64,000 bases of DNA from Heptranchias perlo (lineage: Eukaryota): contig NC_090355.1 in the NCBI RefSeq assembly GCF_035084215.1, forward strand, positions 21,762,001-21,826,000. The letters run 5' to 3'. Every line of letters begins with the position of its first letter. The first letter of the stretch is position 1. Under the pieces are notes generated by a model that was given only the letters and a program-made list of their open reading frames with translations, searched no databases and was not told where the DNA came from. Positions 41,001 through 51,524 of this stretch are shown one piece after another. A program made the translations under genes and the position numbers.

Positions 41001-42457
41001 AAAGTCAGATCAGCCATGATCTCATTAAAATGACGGAGCAGGCCCGAGGGGCCGAATGGCCTACTCCTATCTCTTATGGTCTTATATAGTAGAGAAAAGA
41101 AAGATCTTCACAACATAGACCATTTCTCTCGTGTTATCAGCTCTTCACTCATGGAATAAAATGGGCATCCACTCTACCAACTGTATATTCTCTGATATGA
41201 TTGCAGTTTGTCACCACCAACCATTTTTTGCTGGCATTGTACAGCAGTCAACAGTTTTCCACTAGAATATTCAAGACCTCAGAATAAAACAGTATTTCAT
41301 AGGTTATTTTTAAAAATGTGTCATTTGTAACTGCCAATAACTTAAATTTATTGGTTGCACTTCTCAGGTATCAGTGGCAAGTAATAATGCTTGATTAAGG
41401 CATCCATTACTTATTGAATTTCGGCCTTCTACCACTTGAGCATATTTTTTCCTTTTCTGTAAAAGGCAATCTGTATTTACATATTCTTGCATTAGATTGT
41501 ATCAAGCTCTGCATATCTCGGCATCAGCCAGTGAATGCAACACTAATCGCTATCAGTAGCTACACTTCTGATTTACAACCTCTTCAAAAAGCAGCCGCAG
41601 TTTTATGCTTGTGTGCTTCAACAATTCATTTTGCAGCTCACATGCCAACCCCACATCATTAAGCCTCATGCTACAAACCACCTTCCAGAAGAATATCACC
41701 ATTTCCAGTAAGAGATGACACATACATTCCACTGGAATCACAACACTTGTATTCTTTCTTGCATAAGATCATTTAATATTTTTTCTTTTAAAAACGAGCC
41801 AGAATTCACCTCAATTTTCCAAAATCAGCAGTTTTCTTTCCAAGAGCAATTCAGCACATGGATTTCTTGTAGAAATTATTTGATAAAGGAAGAACAAATC
41901 ACCAGCTGGCGTAAGTGTTGTATTAGAAGGAAATGCAGATAGGGTTAGATGAAGTAGGATGGGAGACGGCTCGTGTGGAGCATAAACACTGGCACAAGCC
42001 ATATGGGCCGAATAGCCCGTTTCTGTTCTGTAAATTCAATGTAATTAAAAAGGGCAACAATTGAAATGAAAATAACTTTTTGAAGCAGTTTTTGTTAAAG
42101 CTAAAAAAAAATTCAGCATGCACACATTTAGGGTAACGTCAATACTGTAATATGAACACTTTCATTATATACTATTGCCCCACAAAAATATTAAGAGGAA
42201 GGGAAATATTTTTATTCAAAATAATCTGCTTTTCATAAAAAGATACAAGTCACTGAATGCTGCAAAGGAAAAGACACTGCAATTTTCCAGAAAATCAAAG
42301 TGAGTCCAACTGATTTACTGCACTGACCTTAAGCCATTGAACAGCTGTTTGGATTTATCAAGTAGGTAGCAAAAATCAGTAACTGTCTTCCTCTCCCCCA
42401 ATGGAATATCATCATCGGTTCCTCCCCCTGCTGTCATGGCTCCTTCCAGATTCAATA
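6512..42457 (-). CDS. SCAI: SCAI (suppressor of cancer cell invasion), partial multi-exon gene; 10 coding exons visible, continues beyond the left edge
   Basis: Spliced translation [69 protein letters not shown]...[27 protein letters not shown] is recognisably vertebrate SCAI. All introns are GT-AG and exon phases are compatible (1024 coding nt). Confidence 0.97.
6827..7026 (-). mobile_element. Penelope-like fold-back terminal fragment (family B) with degenerate hammerhead motif
   Basis: TSD cttgctttca(a/t)taaa at 6812-6826 and 7027-7041; inverted arms; minus strand reads CTGACAA-A-AGGTT-ATC-GACCT-GAAA. Confidence 0.75.
7074..7399. mobile_element. hAT/Charlie-like MITE
   Basis: Perfect 8-bp TSD GTTTAGAC (7066-7073, 7400-7407); right TIR AGTTTGGACACTCCTG; left TIR degenerate. 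Confidence 0.55.
8430..8531 (-). CDS. SCAI: SCAI exon ([34 protein letters not shown])
   Basis: 102 nt; ccctag acceptor, gtttgc donor. Confidence 0.96.
9040..9430 (-). mobile_element. Old tRNA-headed SINE-like repeat
   Basis: Minus strand has A-box-like GGTTCAG and B-box-like GGTTTGATCCC; body matches the 2985 family. Confidence 0.55.
9454..10355 (+). mobile_element. Jockey-group (CR1-like family 2) LINE, 5'-truncated
   Basis: ORF 9468..10307 [31 protein letters not shown]; conserved 3' tail. Confidence 0.9.
11295..11396 (-). CDS. SCAI: SCAI exon ([34 protein letters not shown])
   Basis: 102 nt; ttttag acceptor, gtgagt donor. Confidence 0.96.
11700..11990 (+). mobile_element. Old tRNA-headed SINE-like repeat
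   Basis: Same motifs as the 2985 family. Confidence 0.5.
12178..12416. mobile_element. PIF/Harbinger-like MITE
   Basis: 13-bp perfect inverted repeat GTACATTTACACT / AGTGTAAATGTAC; GGG start; TGA/TTA flanks. Confidence 0.55.
13118..13270 (-). CDS. SCAI: SCAI exon ([51 protein letters not shown])
   Basis: 153 nt; ttatag acceptor, gtatgt donor. Confidence 0.95.
13720..14115 (+). mobile_element. Old tRNA-headed SINE-like repeat
   Basis: TGGCTCAGCTGG A-box; body matches the 2985 family. Confidence 0.55.
15418..15458. repeat. (CA)n microsatellite
   Basis: About 20 CA units. Confidence 0.98.
16897..16995 (-). CDS. SCAI: SCAI exon ([33 protein letters not shown])
   Basis: 99 nt; accag acceptor, gtctgt donor; phase 0/0. 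Confidence 0.95.
17190..17540 (+). mobile_element. Old tRNA-headed SINE-like repeat
   Basis: gccacttgggcaagatatcagagggctgct motif shared with the 2985 family. Confidence 0.5.
18410..18970 (-). mobile_element. L2 LINE fragment
   Basis: [21 protein letters not shown] and [11 protein letters not shown] peptides. Confidence 0.8.
19118..19214 (-). CDS. SCAI: SCAI exon ([32 protein letters not shown])
   Basis: 97 nt; ttgtag acceptor, gtatgg donor; peptide visible in ORF 19079..19288. Confidence 0.96.
19578..19676 (-). CDS. SCAI: SCAI exon ([33 protein letters not shown])
   Basis: 99 nt; tttag acceptor, gtatga donor; peptide visible in ORF 19391..19675. Confidence 0.96.
20838..20924 (-). CDS. SCAI: SCAI exon ([28 protein letters not shown])
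   Basis: 87 nt; cctag acceptor, gtaagt donor; peptide visible in ORF 20837..21055. Confidence 0.96.
22020..22565 (+). mobile_element. Jockey-group family-2 LINE 3' fragment
   Basis: Highly similar to 9820-10355. Confidence 0.9.
22983..23078 (-). CDS. SCAI: SCAI exon ([32 protein letters not shown])
   Basis: 96 nt; ctaacag acceptor, gtttgg donor; phase 2/2. Confidence 0.96.
23800..27640 (+). mobile_element. Highly degraded long CR1 (ORF1 esterase-like remnants to RT end), interrupted by a Harbinger relic
   Basis: GVHL-like, [28 protein letters not shown] and [11 protein letters not shown] remnants in colinear order. Confidence 0.6.
24985..26110 (+). mobile_element. PIF/Harbinger transposon relic (DDE transposase C-terminal fragment, frameshifted)
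   Basis: [31 protein letters not shown] and [29 protein letters not shown] resemble the HARBI1-type motif series. Confidence 0.75.
27934..28035 (+). mobile_element. Degraded Penelope-like family-B terminus with hammerhead core
   Basis: AGTT-CTGATGA-actatatct-GAAA-TATT-AACT followed by tail remnant. Confidence 0.55.
28320..29135 (-). mobile_element. Jockey-group family-2 LINE fragment
   Basis: ORF 28597..28923 [18 protein letters not shown].. Confidence 0.9.
29630..29880 (+). mobile_element. Old tRNA-headed SINE-like repeat (3' part)
   Basis: tgaagaatggccacttgcacaaggtattggagggctgcc motif. Confidence 0.5.
32009..32040. repeat. (AT)16 microsatellite
   Basis: Read directly from the sequence. 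Confidence 0.98.
33800..34160 (+). mobile_element. Degraded CR1 3' end
   Basis: acaagaggtagttactatgtgg..ctgcca..gggccacatggcctgtttct. Confidence 0.55.
35030..36500 (-). mobile_element. L2 LINE fragment
   Basis: [37 protein letters not shown] peptides; L2 3' tail at 35040. Confidence 0.8.
37360..37900 (-). mobile_element. L2 LINE 3' fragment
   Basis: acaacaacttgcatttatatag tail; homologous to 51525-52215. Confidence 0.8.
38590..39580 (-). mobile_element. Deu-domain SINE interrupted by a PLE fold-back and a CR1 3' end (38955-39375)
   Basis: Colinear with the copy at 43990-44395; tRNA head with gggttcaagccc B-box on the minus strand. Confidence 0.8.
38702..38878 (+). mobile_element. Penelope-like family-A terminal insertion with hammerhead motif and short inverted 5' arm
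   Basis: TSD CATAGGGAAATAT at 38689-38701 and 38879-38891; CTGAGGA-A-GGAGG-AAG-CCTCC-GAAA-GCTT at 38758-38786. Confidence 0.85.
39581..41083 (+). mobile_element. CR1 LINE, 5'-truncated RT plus 3' UTR
   Basis: PQGSVLGP / ADD motifs, [29 protein letters not shown]; frameshifted. Confidence 0.92.
42328..42457 (-). CDS. SCAI: SCAI exon containing likely start ATG at 42437 ([37 protein letters not shown])
   Basis: Acceptor ttttcag; ATG in GCCATG context; donor AAG|gtcagt; ends in phase 2. Confidence 0.93.
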
Positions 42458-42974
42458 CTGAAAACTAATAATAAACTTTACATTAGTACATTGAACTACA
42501 AGTATTGTCTTACACATTATGGATATGTACATTATATAAACCTGTACCTCACCTAATTCCACGAAGGATTAAAAAAAAAAGCAGCACAACTATTCCATCC
42601 ATGTGACTGAAATAAAAATGAAGTTACTGGTCACTTGTAACCAGTGATACAGCCAACTTGGGAGACATTGCCCCATCAGTGACACACAAATGAAGTCTTG
42701 AACAGTTATTGCACAGTAGAGAGAGCCACAGCTTCAAGCTTGTTACACAATTAGTATGTTTATGACACTAATTTTGCCTGAACAGTCACTGTACTTCAAA
42801 AGTAATTCATTGTGTAGCACTTTTGAGAATCTCAACATGATAGTATTTGTATTTATTTAGCACTATTATTTAAGCACAAGCCATCCCTCAATTATGCAAC
42901 TCACTTGCAGCCATCTATTGTATTACAGTACATTGTGTCATGCAGTTATTAAGCCAACATTTACTGAATAAAAG

Positions 42975-43375
42975 GCTCTCCCTGATGGCTCAGCAAGTTT
43001 ATCTACTGACAAGTAAGCAAGAGAGACCAGCAGGGTCCTAGATTTGATTCTTGGTCTGTGCTGAGTTGGCTGATATTGCCTGGGGCAGTCAGTCATCGGG
43101 GTACTACAATTAGTGACAGTACCCATGGGCTAGGGAGATGAGAAAGAGAAAAAAAAAAGTTCCTGATCACTGTCCAGTGACCTGCTGGAACTGCCACTGA
43201 ACATTAAAGATGAAATCAGGTTCAACTGAGATGATATCCCTCACCATCAAATGAATGGTCTGCCAACACCCACTTTCAAGGCTAACAAGTGAATGATGGC
43301 CACTTAGGCAAAGTATTGTTGCTCATGGGACCGTTCTTCAGTAAAAGGATTCAACATCATCAGTAGAAAAAGGAG
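42975..43375 (+). mobile_element. Old tRNA-headed SINE-like repeat
   Basis: TGGCTCAGCA head; atggccacttaggcaaagta motif. Confidence 0.55.
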
Positions 43376-43989
43376 AAGCCACAAGCCACTATTAGGCAGA
43401 ACAGGAGTTAATTTTTTTTAAAAACAGCAGTTTTAAATTTTACGACGACTTTGCGTGGAATAAACAATTTCAGAACACATTGAGGCAACTAGAAGAATGA
43501 AATACTGTTCAAAATAATGCCAGTCAAATGTTACCATTGCAATCAACATAGCAACTCCAGTGCCCATGAGCAAGCCACCCATAAAACACCAATAAAAAAA
43601 CTCATTCCAGTATAATCACAACAGAAAGCACAAGATCCAGAGATGTCAAATGCATGATAGCAAAAAGGCTATCATTTCCATGTAATGACCATGTTTCAAG
43701 CCACTCCACTTTTTTTTAAATTTAAATATTCATAGTGCCAGGAGAACCATTTTAAATCAGAAAACAAGTTAAAAACTTGCTGGATAGGCCATTTATCCAA
43801 CAAGTAGGCACAACCAAACACACAATGCTCATCTTGGTATGAAGTGGTATCCAAGAGTTTACAAACATGATTACATTAATTTGTTAAACATTTATATTTT
43901 ATTTCCTGAAATCAGCTTTGTGTACACTGAATTAACCTTCACACTCCTGCAAAAAAAAGCTTGTAAAAAAGTGAAGCCACATTAAATAA

Positions 43990-44395
43990 AAAACATTTAT
44001 AGCACCTTTCACGACTATAGGACGTCCCGAAGCACTACAGTTATTGAAATATTTTTGAAGTGTAGACGCTATCGTAACGTAGGAAATGCAGCAGCCAATT
44101 TTGCACACAGCAAGGTCCCACAAACAGCAATGAGATACATAACCAGATAATCTGTGTTTTTAAAAAGATGTTGGATGAGAGATAAATGTTGGCCAGAGCA
44201 CTGGGAGATGCCATCCGATTTTTAGTGAGGGCAGATGGGGTCTCTATTTCACGTCTCATCTGAAAGACGGCACCTCCGACAGGGCAGCATTGAAATATCA
44301 ACCTGCATTATGTGCTCAAGTCTCTGGAGAGGGGCTTGAATCCATGACCTTCCGACTCAAGAGGCAAGAGTGCTACCACTGAGCCGAGGCTGACA
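43990..44395 (-). mobile_element. Deu-domain SINE, near full length
   Basis: Minus strand gtcagcctcggctcagtggtagcactcttgcctc..ggattcaagccc head; L2-like tail. Confidence 0.85.
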
Positions 44396-44969
44396 TCTTA
44401 GTTAAAGTTGCCTTTAATATAAACTAACTTGCACTATGACAACATTTTTTTTTTTAAAAGTCAAGAATTTGAAAGTTATTACAAGTGGAAGTTAATGGAG
44501 CATAGATGAACAGAAGCATATTAAAAGAACCTAGTCAAACAATATTTATGTTGATCGCATACACCCAAGACTGTGCTCTTTGAAGGAGGTAACAAAATGT
44601 ACAAAATACTTTATTTCCTGCAGCTGTGCAATGCTAGCTGGAATGTGAACTCCGGTTTCAGCATTTACTTGCTCAGTGACTGATGTAGTAGTGCAGAACT
44701 GTGTTCTCAGAATAAGCTGAAGCATAGCGTTACAGAGGATCTTGCTTTGCTAAGGACCTGCCTTGGTGAGGATCTCAATTCACACAATGTGATTCACTGA
44801 AACGCTGCTGACACAATAAGTTCTGAAAGCATTTTGAGTAAGTGAGAGCGGCAAGATGATCAGTTTTTTCTATGGGTGTGCCAATCCTGCAAGAGCTTCA
44901 TAAAATTTATACTACCTCCATTTTGCTGCAGCCCACATACAATTAACTGGAGGCATGCTTGAAGTATAA

Positions 44970-45875
44970 AATAGAAATCTTGGCAAAATTTACAACACAG
45001 AAGCCATCCATTCAGCCCATTGTGTCTGTGCCAGCTGAAAAAAAGCCATCCAGCCGAATCCCACTTTCCTGCTCTTGGTCCGTAGCAGCACTTCAAGTGC
45101 CTATCCAAGTACTTTTTAAGTATGATGAGGATTTCTGCCTCCGCCACCCTTTCAGGCAGTGAGTTCCAGACCCCCAGCACCCTCTTGATGGAAACATTTC
45201 TCAACTCCCCTCTAATCCTTCTGCCAATTACTTTAATCTGTCCCCAGTTATTAACCTCTCTGCTAAGAGAAATAGGTCCGTCCTATCCACTTTATCTAGG
45301 CCCCTCAATTTTATAAACCTCAATTAAATCTCCCCACACACTCTTCTGTTCTGAAGAAAACAACCCCAACCTATCCATTCTTTCCTCACAGCTGAATTTC
45401 ACCAGTCCTGGCATCACCCTCTTAAATCTCCCCTGTACCATCTCTAGTACAATCACATCTTTCCTGTAATGTAATGACCAGAACTGTACATAGTATCTCT
45501 AGCTGTGGCCTAACTAGTGTTTTATACAGTTCTAGCATAACCTCCCTGCTCTTATAATCTATGCCTCAGCCAATAAAGGAAAGTATCTCACATGCCTTCT
45601 TAACCACCTCATCTACCTGTCCTGCTACCTTCAGGGATTTGTGGCCGTGCACTCCAAGGTCCCTCTCTTCCGCTACACCTTAGTATCCATCATTTATTGT
45701 TCATTCCCTTGCCTTGTTTGCTCTCCCCAAATGCATCACCTTGCACTTCCCCAGATTGAATTCCATTGCCACTTTTCTGCCCAGTCCATTGATCAATTTC
45801 TGCAGTCCACAGCTTTTTTCCTCACTATCAACCACACAGCCAACTTTTGTATCATCTGCAAACTTCTTAATCATA
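44970..45875 (-). mobile_element. CR1 LINE 3' fragment
   Basis: RVLGVWNSLPERVAEA peptide; colinear with 1563-2470. Confidence 0.85.
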
Positions 45876-46004
45876 AATGTTAAGCCTTCTCCTCTCCATA
45901 AGTGGAATGATTAACTGCAGCAAGGGTTAATCACCCAGCAGACCAAACACTACTCAAACCTATCCAAATAAGTCAGGCAGTCAGGAGAATTAATGCTGCT
46001 TTCG

Positions 46005-46370
46005 ACTTGTTCTTGGGATGTGGGTGACGAGCAAGATTACAGTCATTGCCCATCCTTGTTGCAGAGCAGCAATTAAAAAAAAACTGAGCAGCTTGCTAGA
46101 CCACTTCAGAGGGCATTAAAAGTCAACCACAGTGTGGGACTGGAATCATGGATAGGCCAGACTGGTATGGATGACAAGTTCCCGTCAAGGAAGGAGAGTA
46201 CTACACCAGTTGGTAGTTCATTGCAACTGGCAGCTTTCATGGCTATTTTCTTCTGGTGCCAACCCATAAATTGCCACATTTATTGAATTCAATTTCACAA
46301 CACATCATCATGTTTGGAATTGAACACAGCCTCTAGGTTGGTAGTCCATAACAATAATGCTACTATACCC
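46005..46370 (-). mobile_element. tRNA-derived SINE sharing its 3' tail with the family-2 LINE
   Basis: Homologous to 48125-48555. Confidence 0.65.
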
Positions 46371-46449
46371 TGATAAAACTGAAATCACTCAGTGCACAGA
46401 CAGAAAACCCGCATTACTTGACACTGCATTTATAGAAATTTGCTAGTCA

Positions 46450-47277
46450 AATTTCGAAGTTTGCAGACGATACAAAATAGCAAGGATAGTGGCAGACTCC
46501 AGGAGGTGAGACATGACAAGCAATTTAATGCAGGCAAGTGTGAAGTGATGCACTTTGGGAAGAACATGGAGAGGCAGTATAATCTAAAATGGTACTATTT
46601 TGAGGGGGTGCATATTCACAAATCTGGGCAGGGCAAGTTGATATGGCGATTATGAAAGTGTATGGGATACTTGGCTTTGTAAATGAGAGCACTGAATGCA
46701 AAAACAAGGAAATCATGCTAAACCTTTACAAATTACTGGTTAGGCCTCAGCTGAGTATTGTGTACAATTCTGGGCACCACACTTTAGGAAGGATGTCAAG
46801 GCCTTGGAGAGGGTACAGAGGAGGTTTACCAGGGATGACGGACTTCAGTTATGTGGAGAGACTGGAAAAGCTGGGATTGTTCTCCTCAGACCTGAGGTGG
46901 TTCGATCCAACAAAGGTTTTCAAAATTATCTGAGGTTTTGAAATCGCAAGTAGGGAGAAACTGTTTCATCTGACAAGTGGGTCAGTAACCAGAGGTCATA
47001 GATTTAAAATAACTGGCAAAAGAACAAGAGATGAAATAGGAGAATTTTTTTCACGCTTACAGTTAGGATCTGGAATGCACAACCTGAGAGTGTGGTGGAA
47101 TCAGATTCCATAACAACTTTCAAAAGACAAAAGACAATTGGACATGTACTTGAAGAGGACTAATTTGCAGGGTTATGGAGAAAAAGCCAGAGTGCGGAAC
47201 TATATTGGACAGCTCTTTCAAAAAGCAAGCAGGCACGACAGGCCAAATGGCCTCCTCCTGTGCTGTTAAGATTCTAA
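46450..47277 (+). mobile_element. CR1 LINE 3' fragment
   Basis: [21 protein letters not shown] and [12 protein letters not shown] peptides. Confidence 0.85.
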
Positions 47278-48124
47278 AGACGTGGTTTTCAGAAGGAAGT
47301 AGAAAAATCAATATCCTTCTATCTAACACCATCACATTCTGCAATGATTACCAGGCCTAACATCTCCAGATATACAGGATAAGTTTCTGTATCCCTCAAT
47401 GCTGGAATTTGAAAAAAAGGTTAATTTGATTATTTAAATGGCTAAAATGTAAAAGGATAAAGGGCAGCTTTCCCCTCACTAACAGTACTTCTCAGTAATA
47501 GCAAAGCCTGTAATCCTAATGTAAGCAATTGCTAATCTTGAAATCTGTTGTATTGCCAAATTGGTAAACCTGCTTGATGATTACATAAGCTAATTAACAA
47601 ACCTCCTACACCAATTTTGAGTCTTTGTTCATTTACTTTGTTCTGACACAAATGGAGATGATTCAAAAAGTTATTCAACACACCTCCTTTAAAAATAAGG
47701 TTTCAAGTTAAAGATAGAGTATAAAGAAGAAAAAGATTTGAAGCTTTGCTTAAGATTAGAGTACTATTTGTCCTCCTGCAGGTGAGGAATGGAACATTTT
47801 CATTTTAGGCACCCAGTGTCAGAATCAAGCACTCAGGTCAAGTGCAGCATGGTCAGGTGTATAGTAATGGTCCCTCTACTCTACCTAAATCCCCAACTGC
47901 ATCAATATGACCTGTGGCTTCTCAGAATGAGATTGCCAATTCAATGCCAGTTAGTGGCAAAGCAGAAGCAATTTTGTTCTCAAGAACTCGATTAAGTCTG
48001 TTTACTTCAGGCAAGGCCTTTACTACTAACAGACAGAGGAAACTTATCAGTCTGGACAGAATTCAAACACCAAAGTAAAAGGCCATTTTTAACCCACAAT
48101 CACCAAGTCTAATTTTTTTTTAAA

Positions 48125-48555
48125 AAATTCATTCTCAGGACATGCCAATTACTAGTTGCCAAGATGGTGGTGGGCTACCTTTTTGAACCGCTGCAGACAG
48201 TGTGGTGTAGCAGTTTGATATAACTTAGTGGCTTGCTATGCCACTTCAGGAGGGCAGTTAAGAGTCAGTCACGTTGGAGAGAGACTGGAGGGTCAAACGA
48301 GTCAAACTGGATAAGAACAGCTGGTTTCCTTCCCCAAAGGGCATTAGTGAACCAGTTGTAGTTTTAGGACAATCCCATAGCTTCATGGTCACATTTACTG
48401 ATAAATAAATCTGGGAATAAATTGTTATTTTTTTTCAAAAACTGAATTCAAATTCTCAAACTGCCGTAGTCAGATATGAACACTCATTCTTGCAAGGTCA
48501 TTAGTACAAGCCTCTGGGTTACTCATCCAATAAGATAACCACTACACTACCGTAC
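48125..48555 (-). mobile_element. tRNA-derived SINE with family-2 LINE tail
   Basis: Minus strand GGTAGTGTAGTGGTTA head; ends ctgcagcggttcaaaaaggtagcccaccacc. Confidence 0.7.
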
Positions 48556-48724
48556 CTGATTTAATAGAGTGACTCCTGCAAAGGTTTCCGTGATTAGAGA
48601 GTTTCAAACTCGTTTTTTTTTCTGGCTACTAGAGTCCCTTGTATTAGGACGTACACTGAAGCAACTAACTTAAACAGCACACTAAAACCAACATGATACT
48701 GGGGCACAGAGGGTTAAATTACTA

Positions 48725-49145
48725 AGGACATGGTTGCATAGACTCGGCTTGCATTCCCTTGAGTATAAAGGATTAAGGGGTGATCTAATTGAGGAGTTTA
48801 GCCACTAGACTGAGGATGATAGGGTGGGAGTCCAGAGCAAGGGGGCATAACCTTATAATCAGAGCTAGGCTGTTCAGGGGTAATGTCAAGAAGCACTTCA
48901 CACACAAAGGTAGGGGAAATCTGGAACAATTCCTTTCTCTTCCCTACCCGCCCCTGCAAAAAGCTGTTGAGGCTGGGTCCATTGAAAATTTCAAAATTGA
49001 GATTGATTTTTGTTGTTAGGTATAAGTATTAAGGGTTATGGAACCAAAGTGGATAAACAGTTAAGATACAGATCTGCATGGTCTAACTGAATGGTGTAGC
49101 AGGCTCAAGGGGCTGAATGACCTACTCTTGTTCCTCTTATGTTCC
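48725..49145 (+). mobile_element. CR1 3' end
   Basis: Homologous to 5410-5703. Confidence 0.8.
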
Positions 49146-51524
49146 TGGAAAGCTGAACAGTAAATATATAAACTTCACGAACTGAGCACGATTTGGCCTT
49201 TGGTTGGAGGATATACTGCCCAAAGAGATCTCCGGAGAACCACAAGATTGTTTCTTGTCCAGTTCCTTAAATTTCTTTCTGCTGCAGTACAGTAACTTAG
49301 TGAATGAATGTGATGGAAAAGATCAATACTCCAAATCTGGTATTCTGCCAAAAACATCTGATGTTTGCGCAGTCTATGGTTAATCAAATGCATGTTGATC
49401 CATTTTGTTATTAAAAAATTTCAATTCATAATGTGTAGCTACACAACTGTATGAACTTAAATCTTGATTTAGGAGACCCAAAAAAAAGCTCACCACTAAC
49501 CAGTCCCCACCTTCCCAATTACATACCACTGTCTCTAATGAGGTAAATAGTAAAAACTTACATGACAATGTACATTTGTCCAAGTAGTACCACCTAATGT
49601 ATAGACAGGGATTAGTAAAAATGTGCATAGATTTGATAACAGGAAATAGTAAACCAGGAGTAGCAAAATGCTTCAGTTGAATTGATTCATTGATCATAAA
49701 CATCAATGTCAATAAACATTCTTGCAGACACTGTTCACAGGTGAAGCGACAATGTCCTTTTCCTGCACAAAGACAGGATTAGTATACTATATTGCAGAGA
49801 GACAGGATTAGTAAACTATATGGTGAATCTGAAAGTATATTCTTGTGCCATATTTATAATTTTCAGTAAATCACTGGTTATCCTGCATCCATTAGCAGAA
49901 CAAAATTCACAACCCCTATTTATTGTATACGAACTCCTACAACTCCAAAAAGCAGTATTCATTTTTTTGCCTTTTTCCTCCCCCCTCCCTTCACTCACCT
50001 TCCCACAACATACATCTCCTGCAACCAAGATTGGCAAATAAGGGCCATCAGCAGCAAAAAAGACAAACCCCAGATGATTACTTTTTTCCTCCCTCCTTAT
50101 CTGGAAATGTCTCTGCTCATCACCTCGCCATGGCCACGTGGCCGAGATCTGAAACTCCGAGTGGGAGATATCAATCCTGCACCCAACTACCCAGCGTAAT
50201 GCGCCAGTATGGCAACATGCTGCCAAATTGTGCCAATATTGTAATTGTTTCTTTAAATAATTTTAAGATATGCTGACAGCATTGAGAAATAAGCATACAA
50301 CTTGTGCACAATATAAAAAATACCATGGCTGCATTACTTCAGAAAATATAACTACAACAGATCCTAAACACTAAATAGCTCCTGCACTTCACTAAGCAAT
50401 ATATACAATTACAAATTAGATATAATTATAGACCAAAAAAAAAATCATGGTACAGAAAAGGCTGCTCAAGAACTTCAGTATACAAAAAGGTCAATATGGA
50501 ATTTATAATAAATCATTGTTCTCTTTGCAATAGATGTCAGTAGTGCATGATTGCAGTGAGAAGGTCACAACGTTCCGGCCACTGTATAACAAACTGAAAA
50601 TGATTTCAAAATCACATCACCTGGATTTTTTTTTAAATGTTTCAGATTCTATGAAAACAGTACTAAAGTAAGTACTCTGAACATAGAGAAGTAGTTGTAA
50701 AAAAAAGCTTCAAAATCTTTTCAGATTTTAAAAGATGCATATTTTCTTTTGGTGCAGAATCAGGAGTTTAAAAATAAGCCTTCCTAGTTATTGGTCTAGG
50801 ATCAGCATCCACTAAAAAAAAGCCATGAGATTGTCTTTACAACAGAACAAATTTTGAAAATAATTACACTAACAATTTAAGTTTTCATAATTGTGGATTA
50901 CAAATGTTATTCCTCCTTTTTTGAACAGGAGATAAAAATCTAATCAATACACCATTAGGCTTCCCCATAAAAAAAAACTACTTGATAATACAGAAACTTG
51001 ACAATTAAGTGAAAAATGAACAGAAAACTACAAAATACCATTTATACCACACATGGTCTCAGATGTTGGTTTTCACCTTTGATCATTTTAACTGTACCAA
51101 AAAGCTTCCCATATTATTTCAAGATTTAGTTATTTTCTCAATTTACATGTCTTCTTCATCCATGTGGCCCTGCATTCCATTCTCTTCAATTGCATGTAGC
51201 TCTCCCATCTCAACTAATGATGGAAATTATACCTCGATTTCTCCATGTATAAAATGTGCAATGCATATGCTGTACAATCATTCTGTTCCCTTCAGTTGCA
51301 TTAGAGAAAAGCCATGACTGATAACTCCATGTGTGCTTGCTTGACTGCACATTAATGATTGATACATCATATCACCAACACTGGAAATGCACAGTAAAGG
51401 CCACTGAATCCCTCATCAAACCTCCATAACCACCCTGCCTCCACCACCCCCTCCCCCCGCCCCAACCACTATTCTAATGCTCTCCTGGCCAGCCTCCCAT
51501 CCTCCACCCTCTAATCTAAATCAC

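Noticed and set aside
44330-44395. tRNA gene
   Set aside because: The A/B boxes belong to a SINE head; no full cloverleaf
49771-49821. 22-bp direct repeat agacaggattagta(t/a)actatat
   Set aside because: Two-copy local duplication; not a CRISPR or a functional array
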